Origin: Albugo candida
Taxonomy: Eukaryota
Direction: 5' to 3'
Assembly (NCBI GenBank): GCA_040437565.1
Contig: JBDOQK010000014.1
Span: 124,001-188,000 of the forward strand
Length of the DNA: 64,000 nt
Each line of letters opens with the position of its first letter. The stretch's first letter is position 1. Positions 12,760 to 26,009 of the stretch are shown piece after piece. The translations under genes were made by a program, and so were the position numbers. The notes beneath the pieces were generated by a model, which had not been told where the DNA came from, searched no databases, and saw nothing but the letters and a program-made list of their open reading frames with translations.

Positions 12760-15700
12760 GGTTATGAGCCCAGCCCCCGCCCGGTAGACCCTGCAGCTGC
12801 TCGAAAATGCGCCCACGATAATACGACAAGTGTAGGCGCGGAGATCTCTGAATCAAATGAGCACGGGGCCTCCTACCATGGTGTTGATCGTCTGGAAAGA
12901 CTGGAGAATCTTATTGGGGGAATTAATGCGCGATATGTCACGGGAACTCGTAGAGCGTACTCAGATGCCTCCCACTGAATTAGGATCCGGAATCGATAGT
13001 GGATTAAGCGTCTTCAGCCAGTTCTTGGGTGCTCGAAAACATCGACCCAGAGCTGAATCGCTCAGTGAATCAATGGGGGCACAGATGCCTTTCGCTTTAA
13101 CGCAACCCCGAATGAAGCAGCAACAGTTCTTCACGACTGTGCAGCCTGTTCCACAAGTACATAAGCAGCCGGGACAGCGGTTCTTCCCCCAGCAGAACTT
13201 TGGGATCAAGATTCCGACCGTCAAGGATATGAAGCTACCGATCGCGTTTCACTGGAATGGAAGAGTACAGAGCACTTGGAGATGGAATTCAAAGACGGGG
13301 GATTTAGGTTCCTGGACGAACTTCGTGCAGCCAAGTAACTTAGTGGTGGCGAATGGCCTGAAGAGTTCAAGATGAGGACATTTAATCGATATCGCGATGG
13401 AATTGCAATTAAACACTTCGACAAGATGAAAGGGATCTGGGCATCAGAACTACCAGCGGTTGAACATCTGATGAACAAGATGTTGGAGGTGTGCGACAGA
13501 GAAATTACTGTGGAGCAAGCCACGCGGTTGATGCGGGCGAGGAAAAAAATATGGTAACTTCTCGACGGAACAGTACCAGTACCTGGTTGCGGTTGCAAGT
13601 TCGGCGAATCTTCCAGATAGCTTAGTTCTTCAGTATATCTGTGAACGGGCACCGTTGGAGGTGAAGTGAGCCATGCAGACGAGACTTGACACCCGCCGCA
13701 TTGGTTATCTCAAGCAGGCATGGGAGATGGCAGACTTTGCTGCGACATTCGAGCATGTTACAAACGCGAATGCGGTTAGTGTGGGAACACAATCTACCGA
13801 AGGTCGTAATTTTTTTCAGAGTTTGGACACTGCGATAAAGGCAATGGCGCATTGAGATGGGAAGCGAAGTTGAGTTGCAATCAAGTCGGCCTAAATCAAG
13901 CGTCGTTCGCTCTGAGTGCGAGCGTCAGTCCAAGTGGTCAAAATTAGACCTGTGTTTTTGACAATGGTGTGAGTAGACACCTGGTGACGGATGACACCAT
14001 TATCGCCAATGCGGTAGACTGCTTCGACGAGTGCAACGTTGCAGATGAACAGTCGATTACGGTAATGAATCTTAATCAAGTTACAATGAGTGCTATCGTG
14101 GATGGAACCGCGCAAGTGATCACTTTAAGTGAAATTTATTACGGTAAAAACCTTGCACATAACTTGATTTCATAATGCAAGTTTGAATAGAAAGGAGTTA
14201 CTCTGAGCTACGAAAACGGAAGGCGGTACCTAAAGCGTGTCAGCGACGGAGAACGAGTCTTTAAAGTTGAAAAAGAAAACAGTGTGCTGGTCGTGATCAG
14301 TCGGAGTAAAGAAACATCATCTACTAGAAATAAGGTTGTGTATGCTGCTCTAAAGGCTGCTAGTTCCGAACTCGACACCATGGATCGAGTGAAATGCACG
14401 TTAACGCAGCTACACAATCGTCTTGTACACCTTATGTACGCCACGGTCGAAAAAATGGCCGACAGTGCAGGCTCGGGAATCGGGCTAGTCGACAGAACTC
14501 AACCAAAATGCCTTACAAGTGCTCAAGGCAAGTAGTCGAAGAATTTAGAGTCCAAGAAGGATACTGGCGCGCACTCACCAATTGATCGAATTGGTGGAGT
14601 TATCTGCAGTGACCTCAAAGGTCCGATGACACCACTGGAACGAACGGAAACCAATATATCATCACCTTTGTTGACCACGCATCCAACTACTGTAGAGTGT
14701 TTGTTGCGCTGAAGTAAAATCTTGCTGCGCAGATGTCTTTAAGCATTCTTTGACCTTTTTCGAGCGCGTTTTTGATTGCAAGGTTCACATTTTGAGGGCG
14801 GATGGCGGAGGCGAATATGGCAATGTGGATATGTTTGGCAAGTCGACTGAGATAGAAGCCAGTAACCAGGAATCCAACGGAAAGGCGGAGAGCATGCATA
14901 GGACTGTGCTAATAAGGGCGCGATGCATGTTGTTCGCATGTGGCTTACCGTTGCACTTCTGGGGTGATGCAGTAGAGTATGCCGCGTATATTTTGAATCG
15001 CAGCCCGAGCAGTTCGAATTCAAAACGAGCGTCGCTGCTTTAAATACTGACGGGGAAGAAACCCAGTATTTTTGACATAGGGGTGTTTGAAGTCGTTGTA
15101 CTGCGTGTGTATTGCGACACGGGATGAAAAGCGTGGAAGCCACGAGCCAAGGTTGGAGTAAACGTCGGAAAGTACGATGAGACTAAGGGTTTTAAGATGT
15201 ACCTTCTCCACGAGAAGTTGGTAGTGACAACGCAACACGTCAAAAATGTTATAACGATGGGATTTGCCGAAAATGAGCATAACAGGAGCATCTACATCAA
15301 TAATTTTCATCTTTGCAAGACACCCATGATATAGAGGATGTCCCTAGCGGAAGGAGATACAAGTGATCGGAAGAAAGGAGTTAAGGCGCGGGAATGGCGG
15401 GAGAAATGACACTACTGCTTCTAAAAGAACTAAAAGTGATGATGCTGACAATGGAGGAGAGAAGAAACCTTGAAAGCGTATGACTACTCAAAACATGGGC
15501 GCGAAATACGTTTCGGTGGCGATATCTGGTGTGATTGGATATCCGACCTCATATCGGGAAGCAATAAAGTCTGCAGAGGCGGAGAAGTGGCGTGATGCAA
15601 TACGCTCGGAAATCGATTCCCTGAAGGCAAACGGTACATGAGAGCTGATAAATCGCACGCCTGGTCAAAAGATGATGCATTCCAGTGGGTTTCCTAGACC

Positions 15701-17162
15701 AAGAAGCACGCGGATGAAACTCTTGAAAGATTAGGGCGAGAATTGTGCTATGCAGTAACGAGCAAGCATATGGAGTGAATTACACGTTAAAATTCAGCGC
15801 TGTGATGGACATGACGACTGCAAAAGTCGTGCTAGCTCTTGCAAGAGTATGGAAAGTAGCAGCTCGACACGGCGATGTCTCAAACGCTTACGTAAAAGCC
15901 GAGAAAGATGAGGTCTTTGAGATTGTCTTCTAAGTGCCACAGGGTATGGAGTTTGATGCGGATGAGTTAAGCAGTCTGAGAAAAGTGGCAGGAGCCTGAT
16001 GGCTTTGAGAATTAGCAAGAGCCTGTATAGACTTAAACAAGCCGGACGCATGTGGGCACAATTACTACACGCTACGCTACTCAAGATCGGATTTATCCAG
16101 CGTCGTAGGATAGTTATCTATGCAAGAAAGGTGGCGGGTAGGCGAAAAATTTAGTGGGAGTCTTTGTGGATGACTTGCTGGTTTACGAAACAAGCGTCAG
16201 CGAAGTATATCAATATTTCAAGGACATGCGTGTGCTTGAAGTGAAAGAACTCTGAAAGGTGACCAACTTTCTTGGCATTGGAATACCGTACGACGACGAT
16301 GAGGGATATCATCTTGAACAAGCGCGAGTATTCGCGAAATTCTCACTTAACTTCATTTGGAGCAGGCGAACCCATCGCGTACACCTATTGTCGAGGAACA
16401 AGATGGTGAGGATGGGGGTCAATTATCACGAAGTGGTAAGGTCAGCACGGCTGAGCACCCCACCGTCAAGATGTTCCAGTCAATGATTAGAAGTCTGTTG
16501 TGGCTGGCTTGTTGTACGAGACCGCAAATTGCGTTCGTAGTGCATCGGGTCAGCCAACGTGCGCACGCGCCACGAGAATGTGTCTGACGGTGGACGAAGA
16601 GAATTGTTCGCTATCTGAAGGGTAAGATTGACCTAAATTTAAAACTAAAAGGGACGGCCAGAAAGGATGAATTGCCAACGATATGCTGGACAGATACAGT
16701 GACACAGATTCTGCAGCGAATCCTACGGACCGCAAATCGGGCAGTCGAGGTGTCATTTGTTTTAATGGGATGATTTTTGGACGGATATGCCGTAAACAAG
16801 TAAGCGTGGATCTATCCACGATGGAAGCTGAGGTCGTGGCATCTTCGATGGGGGCAGCTGATTTGTTAGGACTGAAGGAGTGCTAAGAGATATTGGAGTG
16901 CATGTTGTCAAGGCAATGGTGATGCACGAGGATAATCAAGCAGCGATAAGGCAGATTCAGGGAGAATGTAGCGCAGGGAGGGCTAAGCATATCGTGGTGA
17001 GACTCAAGTTTATCAAGGATTACAGTCAGAAAAAAATGGTCAAAGTGGCCTACTTTGAATCGCGTTTCATGCGAGCTGACATTCTCACCGAGCCGTTTGC
17101 GCATTACGGCTCCATGAGCTGCGAAGCTAGTCTCACTGGTATGATGACACCTCTGGAAGGAG

Positions 17163-17341
17163 TGTTGAAAAGGCGCGACTAGTGATGTCGAAGGATCGCG
17201 ATCCTTGGAATGGATGAAGCGCCTCTTGGTAATCTACGAAGATTGTAGGAAAAGGAAAGAAGTGATAATAGGACCATAAGCTTCAAAAAAAAAGAATTTC
17301 TCATTTACCTCACACTGATCAAGCAGCATGGACAAATATTA
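17163..17341 (+). repeat. 3' LTR of copia 12582-17341
   Basis: Follows the PPT; direct repeat of 12582-12759. Confidence 0.9.
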
Positions 17342-20300
17342 CCACTGGCGTTTTCTAAAGATACTTTTTCAGTAGCTCGAAAATAGTAGATTCTAGCATA
17401 TTGACTCAACATTAAAGTGAATACTCATACCACGGAATCTATTTCCCTGCAAGGAGAGATTCATCAGCTCAAGACATGCCGTTTACGAAAAAAAACTACA
17501 TCCACACTGTGGTTGCTAGAAGGAATCACCAAGGGATCATCCGCATACGTTTCGACAGGTGTAGCTGTATCCAAATTGTATTTTTCATGAACATGTATTT
17601 GAGATGCATTGCTCATATCAAATGTTATCAACCATGTATCTACCCGCCATTCTTTATTCCATTCAAAGTTCTCCTTTAACAATGTGACATATCTTTGGCG
17701 ATATTCATACCATCTTCAGACATCTCCTCCGATGTGAAATTTATTCCATCAGGAATATAGAGTTGTGTGTTCATTTCATCTGCCTTAGATGCGTGTACGT
17801 ACGAACTCGGCACTTCAAAATACCTGGGTGGTATAGGACGAATCCTTGTATTAGAAATAAGGGCTTTTGCGCTTGTCGCGTCTAACACCGAATCAATGGT
17901 CAACAGCAGAGTTTATGCCAAAGACCTGCACATTTACACAAGAAACAAGTCTATCTTTGTACACTTAAATTTCTCCATCACTCGTCCACATTTTCCTATT
18001 AACCCAGTTCTAATGCAACTGGGCCACAGCAGATTCGGCTTTAAGTACCCTCCACGTGTAATTCTCGTAAAAGAACGGTATCTACTTATGGTGGTCTCGC
18101 TACTACAACAGCTCTTATTCGAGACTCCAAATCGCTTCTCTGTAAAGTTTAGATATCAAAGGTGCTCAAATTCAGATTGAGATAATTTCAAGACGCTAGC
18201 ACTCACAGCATTCACAGCATCCTCAGTTGATCACGAGAAATAAATCGGAACGGACGTAGTAACCGCATTATTAGGCGTAGTAGGATCCAATAAGATTAAA
18301 GTATCCATGTCCGCCTCCGATTTCCGAATAGACTATTGTGTAATGCGCTTGGAATGTTTCGTTTGAGTCCCAACCCCACGTCGTATTATTTCAAAAGATC
18401 TATACGAAATTTCTCCACCGCAACGTGACTAGTTTACCGTGTGTACGCGCAAGTTCTTCCGACTCATATTCTGCCGCATCCTGTTAGACATTTTCCATTT
18501 GCGTGTTTGCCTCGTTGGTAAGCATTGTAACTCGAAAACATGTCGTCTTGTAACAGCATCACGATCACGAATAGCTCAACCACGAATGACTTCAGTTTTA
18601 TAACCTTCCCAGAAATCATTCTTTCGAGCTCCAATTTAAGGAGTCCTTTTACGATCCCGGTACTGTTCACATGGAGATTCGCATACGAAAATATCCAGGA
18701 GACATGGGGATGTTCAGTCGAAATCGAGATCGGAAATAATTTGGCACATGCTGACATTCGATTAAAAAATATNNNNNNNNNNNNNNNNNNNNNNNNNNNN
18801 NNNNNNNNNNNNNNNNNNNNNNNNNNNNNNNNNNNNNNNNNNNNNNNNNNNNNNNNNNNNNNNNNNNNNNNNTCTTTCGAGCTCCAATTTAAGGAGTCCT
18901 TTTACGATCCCGGTACTGTTCACATGGAGATTCGCATACGAAAATATCCAGGAGACATGGGGATGTTCAGTCGAAATCGAGATCGGAAATAATTTGGCAC
19001 ATGCTGACATTCGATTAAAAAATATGAGTGTCGAATATCACACTGCATAGCCTCAAAACGAAAGAATTAGATCAAACGAAAAACTCATACGGCGAACTGT
19101 ATCCGATCACCGCTTAGTGCATGCGTTCAGCCATTCCATTTCTAGCCTGGTTTTCAGCCTCTGTAATTTGGCGAGCAGCTCCATGTCTCGACAAGAGAAC
19201 CACTCTTTTTTTGTATTCTCTACCACATTATGTATGGGGCACATGCACACGCCAATTGCACAATTGCAAAATGAGGCAAAATACGCTCAACCATTTCCTT
19301 TCTCTTGGCAAGAAAGACACGATAATGATTGGTCTTGCGGTCAAGAAAGTTGACCAGGTACCTGTGGCTGCCTCTACGATCTATCGGCGTAATTGAGCAC
19401 CGAGGTCGCTACTACCCCCCCTTTCTTCCATACGGATCTGTAGGGTACCGTCCTAGCTCAGTTAAAGGTGTGTATATTACTAGAATTAGAATAACTGACT
19501 TCTCTGGTTGCCTAGGCTATCTTAAATAACAAATATACACATAAAAACGTTGCGTGAAAATACCTGTGAGAGATGATAATATGTCTTCCTGTTGATATTC
19601 TGTAACTGCAGTAACCTCAGCCACCTTAACACGAGACTGTGTCCAACTTGTAAATGCTGCAAAGTTGTAAAGTTGTAAAATTTTCAGAAAGTACCGTAAG
19701 TCTAGCATTGGTGTGCGCCACACTAAGCTGAACAGTGCCATCCAACTAGGACATGGATCCGAGTTGCACTTGCATTTTGACTTGCCTGTGCCGTACCCGT
19801 AGTAATGATTTACAGCTTCTGGAAAAGACACCAAATGATACTAGCCTTGCGAGTTGATCCAGCACCTCTACAAGCCGAATGCGTTCATCTTGTTCGTAAT
19901 ATTGTCTTCGGTAGTACCGAACTTGCGCACTAAACGTGGTTTAGATCACGGAAAGTGATGAAATTGTCGGAGTTGCTGATCGCTTATCGCTAATCGAACA
20001 AACGACGATTTCGATCGGTCCAGAGAAATTGTTGTGTCACAGTTTGTGATGCAAGCCATAAATCTGACATAATTTCTTTGTTTTCTTTCCATGCCGGCCG
20101 AAGTGTTGGCACAATTAAACATGAAATATGCGTCCAACGTGTTCGGGAGGAGAAAACCTGATACCAACTACGGTGTAACTCCCTCCATAGTTCTGCCTTG
20201 TGATTGCAATCTAGAAAAAGACGTTGGTAGGATTCCACTCCCCACACAAAGGCTGCGTGCACAATATAATGTCGGGCTAATTATCCATAAAGGCTAGACG

Positions 20301-20899
20301 AAACTATAAATCTTCGAAAATAGGTAAGACACGTATTCGAAGATGCCGTGATGTAGCCATAAAAGTTCCAACTCGTTCTGAATCCAGTGCGTCCGATCTC
20401 TCCAGTGATGACCAATGTGTCAACATCGGATGACTCTTGGTTGGCTCGGGGGGTTTCTAGATTAGGCGTACTAGTTGACGGCGTGGAATAGATGGAAAAT
20501 AATATTTCCTCTCCTTGCTTTGTACTCCCGCATAAAACGATCTGCCACTTGCGCTTAGTTGGATCCAAGTGATGAGACCAATCGTCGAGTGTATACGCTG
20601 TATGGTGCAACTCCTCTAGAATCACCATTTTTTTGACCGAGTTCAAAGACAATCAGACACCTGGATTGGAAAATTTTGTCAAATTTTCTTGATAGATTTT
20701 GATGTGTTGAACATTTTGTTGCAAGCAGATTGTGCATATCTTTTTTTCATGGTGCTGATACGCCTGAAAGTTTGACCTTTTCATAAGTTTTCCTCAGATC
20801 GGCAGGATTTGAAACTCCCCGTGTGAAAGTTTGTACGCTGTGCAACCTTTTTTCCCGTGCCTGGAATGAAAGGAAATACGGTGGGCAAGGTATTCAAAC

Positions 20900-22829
20900 A
20901 AAAGAGGAATGTCTATGTATAGTTTTCGGCCTGAGATGAGAGGAAATAGGGCATGGGAGGCATAGAAAAAACGAGAAATGGCGATTTATATATGGCGGAG
21001 TCATAAGGAAATAAAAAAAAATGCACAAACTCCTGGCAACACATCAATATGCCTGCAGAAATCAATCGTTGGCGCGTAGACGTCGATGCGATTTCATCTT
21101 GCATCTGTCCCGCTCAGCCTTCTCCGCCACAACGCCATCCTTGCCTTTTCTATACATTTCGATGTATCGACAGGATGTTTCAGCGTGCTTCCGAATCTCC
21201 TTTATTCTCACTTTATCGAGGATACCAGGGAGCCTCTCCCAAAGCGAGGTGACATTTTAAATACATTGGTTCGGCGATGCTTTCTTTGTGGCTCCTCAGT
21301 ACCTCTCGATGAAGTTGCACTCACAGCAAAATTTGGGATAACATTTTATAATGTGTCCGGTCTGCTTCACCTCCATCTCCAGAGTGACTCCTGTTACGCA
21401 AAATCAGGCTGGGCCATCAAGGCATGCCTCCAGAAGCAGTCATTTGAAGGAGGCAATGCCATGGAATGGCAATCCAGATTCCAATTTGTGTTGGGAGGAG
21501 GCCCTATCCCTCTTTCCTTCAGCACCTGTGAAGGANNNNNNNNNNNNNNNNNNNNNNNNNNNNNNNNNNNNNNNNNNNNNNNNNNNNNNNNNNNNNNNNN
21601 NNNNNNNNNNNNNNNNNNNNNNNNNNNNNNNNNNNTTGTCCCATACTTCCGCCTTGTCCTCCACCAACACTTCCATCTCCTCTCCAGTCCACTCATCCAT
21701 CTTCTTTTTGTACTCAATCATCCTCTTTGACCAATTTTCTCTATATTTCACCACATCCTCCCTTTCATGACCGTCCATATACAGCTGTTTTCCCTTTTTT
21801 TGAATCCCCAGATCTTAAGGTACTTGACATTGGTCAAGTACCTGATCTTCTACTCCTTCTCTTCCAGGACCTTTGCGAAAATGCTGTTTTGAAGGACCAT
21901 CTAAAGCTCTTTGGACGATCTTTCATTGAGCTTCCTCCCACTCATCCATGATAGGCACTCCCTATTAATATCAAGATCTGTCAGGATCTCTTTCTTTTTT
22001 GAATGTCAGCCTTGCTGATGTGTTGGAAGTGCTTTGCTGACCAAGTACCGATCTGCCCAAAGTCCAACGTTCCTGCAGGCCCATTCTGACGTCTTGTGCA
22101 GTTTTTCGTTGGCTGCAGTAGCTGACGCTTCCTTCTTTCTCATACCCAGGTAAAGCCGTCCTTCCTGATACTGGAGGATGGCCATGAGTCTTAAAACAAG
22201 ATAATGTGGGAGTTTCCCAAGCTACTTTTTTGGTTATGTATGCCTTTCCGCCCTTCCTTCAAACCGTTAATGGCCTCTTCTCCCCTAGCTTCTTCTTCTC
22301 CCTCTTCTCCCTTCTGCTCACTACTCCCATCTTATGATGCAATAGCAACTCCTTTCTGCTGGTTGCTGATGACCGCTGACCTGCTGGTTTGAAGGAGATG
22401 TCCAGCCTCTGCAGGTTATTCTCCTAGAAATACTTCTCCCTCCTCCACTTGGTAGTTCTTGAGTTCTCTGCCAAGAGTTAGATGGTAAAAAATGTTTTCT
22501 ACAAAAGAAGCCAGCTCACTTTTATGGGTAAAAGATCTCTTCTTCTTCCCCTTCTTTTCCTTCTCCATCTGAGCCTCGAAAGCAGCAATTCTCTTTTGTA
22601 GCTGAGCTGTGTTTGTTTTCAGCCAGTCTTCTTCCACTTCACCTTCCACTTCCCCTTCCTTCCTCTTCCTCCTTTCCACTCCAGTCTGACATGAGGTTCT
22701 GACAGTCGATATCCTCTGCTGCCTCCACATTTTCCTGCTGTTGCTTTTATGCCTGAAGCTGCCTCTCCTTGTTGTTGGCTTGGTGCAATATGGCTAATAG
22801 GGCCAGCCTTTTTTTTTCAGATGAGCCAT
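20900..22829 (-). pseudogene. Decayed DDE transposase of the 20603-28540 element (YxDGHERxDV type)
   Basis: Minus-strand KKGKQLYMDGHEREDVVKYRENW (~21730-21800), charged N-terminus from a putative ATG ~22829, and a degenerate PGxxAFFxF-D-like segment ~21000-21040; stops and frameshifts. Confidence 0.6.
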
Positions 22830-22863
22830 TATAGAAAAAAAGTAGGTTTTTTTTTGATTTTTT

Positions 22864-25714
22864 GGGAACCGTTAAAATGCCCTCAGTGCGTTTGTTAAAA
22901 TGCCCTCAGTTTGCTATGATTGGCTAATTTCAATCCTGCATAGTGCTAACTTACGCCCAAGTAAGGGAGAATATGATAATATGATAGCACTGCCCGCTAC
23001 TTATCGATGTCAACTATTTTGCGCTCAATTCGGAATCATTCAGTTTGGTTCGCGTTCGCCTTTGTTCGTTTGTGATCATTCTTGTTAGACTATTTCATAG
23101 TTCACGGTTCGTTCATGACACAAAAATATACTATTCTGTAAACTGAGTCGTAATATTTCACTGTTTGCGAGTCATTCATGACAGAAGAACCTTTTGTCTT
23201 ATTCTTTGAAATGATCCTGTGGGTCCTGTTGTTGCACAGTCACATTTTCGTAGGTTGTGTCCTAACCTTCTGCAACGGCAACATCTTCTTTGCATGGGCG
23301 CATCCAAGGCTGATGCAACGAGCTCAAATTCCGACGAGTTTCTTTTCGTCGATGATGCATATAGTTGATTCCTTTGGGTCGATCTATATGGCCTACACGC
23401 ACTTGCACAGGCACTGGTTCAAGCACTTGAAGCAGCTGGTGCGCCCATATATGATGTCCTGCAAACAGCGGTTCTTGTGCGAAGAAAACTCAGTTGTACA
23501 CGATTCCGCCAGTTCGAGTAGAATTGCTGCATGATTAAGCGGGCTCGAATATTTCAGTCCATGCGTTTATTGCATCCCCTTGCCGTGTTTGATTAACTGC
23601 CACAACGCATGCGCGCTGGTTGATCGAGCCACCAATGCTGATGGAAATCGGCCATCCCTAGTTATTGAATAATTGACTTGTAAGCTTGGCTCAATCTCAT
23701 TGTGACATCCGTCCAAATTTCCTTACCTATCCTCGCAAGAAAAATCATGCGCACAAGGGCATCCCATTGTTGTCCTGCAGAGGTCTTGGCAGTCCCTTCC
23801 CGCATCCCTTGCCATATGTTTCATGTGTGCCCCCGTAGAGCTGCCACCGAGACCTTACCTACAACAGATACAAATATGGGCCCCCAAGCTGCATATCGCC
23901 TATAGTATGCTCTCTAGCATGTTTTATCTGGCGTATCCTGACAAGCTGCCCATCACATGCCAGCTTGATGGCAGTATCCAATGTCAAGAGATCACCTGAA
24001 TAGAGATAGAGCTCAATTAAACACATGGAAGGCAGAGCTTGTGCTAGCAAAGACTGTGCTAGAAGTGTATATTTTCTTACCTGTCGACACGCCAATCAAT
24101 TTCTTCAAAGCCACATGGGCACTCTCCACGCGATGTTGTTGTTCGCCCATAATGGAGGACACCGTGCATTCAAGCATTGACAAACTCTTTCTAGCATATC
24201 GTAAAGGATAATCAGTTGTTTCTTGGTTCAGGTATGAAAAAACATGGGTAAGCTGTTACCTTGTAGATAAGCCATATCCTTGTCAGATATTGCATGGTTT
24301 GGCGAGGCAAATAAACACGCATTTCCTCGAGGACTCCTTCGTATGATACTTCAGTGACAGCATTCACGAACCTTCTCCAGTCTTGAAGAAAACGCTCAAA
24401 ATACTCCTGTGAAAAAATGCTGTCCGTTGTTTGTCAAAGATGTTTTTGCTGATATGCGAACGACATAACAAAGCGTTTGCCGTCGGAAATGTTGTCGACA
24501 GTGCGTTCATGAGTGCAAGTTCTCGATCTGTCACGAAGGCGAGTTGGTGGTCGATCCCGCAGTCATTGAATAAGTTCTTCATCTTGTCCATTGCCCAGCC
24601 ATAGTCTACCGTTATTTCCTTTTTCGTAAAACAATAACACAAGGTGCATGTGAGATTTTTTGAGACTTTCCAACCACTTGCACTAAAGGTAGACCGTAAC
24701 GATTTGTTTCATAAGTTGCATCAAGAAACCATACAAGTTCTTTGCTGAGCTTGGTACAAATACTGCAAGCTGACGGTACACAATGAACAGACGGTACAAC
24801 TGTAGTCTTCCTGGCGTTTGTTGATTATAATACACTGCATCCGAGCTCATAAGGTTTTCCGGTAGTGTTTGAAGTGGTGAATGGCCAGCCAGAATCTCGT
24901 CTCTGTGCAAGCGACGCATATTGTAGACATCTTGGGCAGTCGCATGCAAGTCGGTGTTTTGCTGTCTTAAAAAGGTCAGTATGCGACCAGGTTGACACCT
25001 GCTCGTCCTAAGGCTTCAAAAATAGCCTTGTCTCCCGGCCTTAGATTTCTCCCATTCGGGTGAGCTGATGTGTGTTGAAAGGCCTCATGGTTATGATTTG
25101 AACGAACAACAGTAACCTGCCGAACAGCTTGTTCGGTTCTAAATTTGCCAATCATAACTCGGAATGGACAACACCTACTCTACGGCTGAAGGAGAAGCGT
25201 ATACAGGAGCGACTGTCGTCTCTTACCGCAGCCCCAGCTTGCGAGCATTCGAGGTATTGACCCTTCCCGTCTCCACTCTTCCGGTTTCCAACCTTACGTG
25301 TACGCAGTATGCGCGACGTGTAGCATGCGCATTAATTGCCATTTTATTCTCAGGCTTCTGTACACCATTTCTTGAGGAGGCGCGAGAGAGTTTATTGTTG
25401 TGCTGACGAAGCTGATAATGGTGAAAATGGTATACGAAGAGATAGAACTAAGCCAATTTGTGATGTATAGAATAATGGTATACGAAGAGATAGAACTAAG
25501 CCAATTTGAAGATGTATAGAATAATGGTCTCTTTTGCAGTCGGTATGGGTGAATTATCAGGCTCGAAAACTAGCCAATCATGTAGAATCATATCAAACAG
25601 AGGAATTGTAGCACACGCACTGAAGGAATTATAACGGTTCCCGAATACAATTAGCCAATGATAGCAAACTGAGGGGATTTTACCAAACGCACTAAGGGGA
25701 TTTTAACGGTTCCC
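22864..25714 (-). mobile_element. Mutator-like element (MULE) with 66-bp TIRs and degenerate transposase
   Basis: TIR GGGAACCGTTAAAAT... at 22864-22929, inverted at 25649-25714. MULE core FVTDRELALMNAL...LLCRSHISKN (24364-24642), SWIM-like CRTTMGCPCAH (~23745-23790), DFHQHWWL, and C-terminal knuckle CCRCRRLGHNLRKC (~23240-23285). Confidence 0.9.
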
Positions 25715-26009
25715 TTTTTTTCAATGGTTTAATTTGATAATGCGCGTAGAACCTTACCAAGTTTAATCAAATTTACGTTCTTAGAGATGTGACTACTGCC
25801 ACAGACGTTCTGACTAACGCCACAGACAAACATCTCTGATTGGTTAATTTGTGTAAACTAATATAAATTGATCGATACATTACTGCGTCTACGTAAGATA
25901 GATACATAGTACCATACACGTTTCCACGTTTTCGCACTTCCTCGCTTCCCTCCCTACCACGCAGCAGCATACAACGAGTTGCGCAATAATAACGGCTTTC
26001 AAGAAAACA

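Larger units (their letters stand above)
12582..17341 (+). mobile_element. Full-length degenerate Ty1/copia LTR retrotransposon
   Basis: LTRs 12582-12759 and 17163-17341 (~178 bp). PBS GGTTATGAGCCCAG 12760-12773, PPT GGAAGGAG 17155-17162, TSD CCATT/CCACT. Order gag, integrase (LRADGGGEYG, LPLHFWGDAVEYAAYILNRSP), RT, RNase H (EDNQAAI, AKHIVVR). Confidence 0.95.

Noticed and set aside
21086..21730. Long ORFs that span N-runs (also 40845-41360, 60941-61447 and others)
   Set aside because: Their length is inflated by X codons, and most are antisense shadows of TE or host coding sequence
22140..22230. Copia gag zinc-knuckle-like CFKTHGHPP
   Set aside because: No CCHC spacing, LTR or PBS nearby; better explained as part of the DDE transposase N-terminal region
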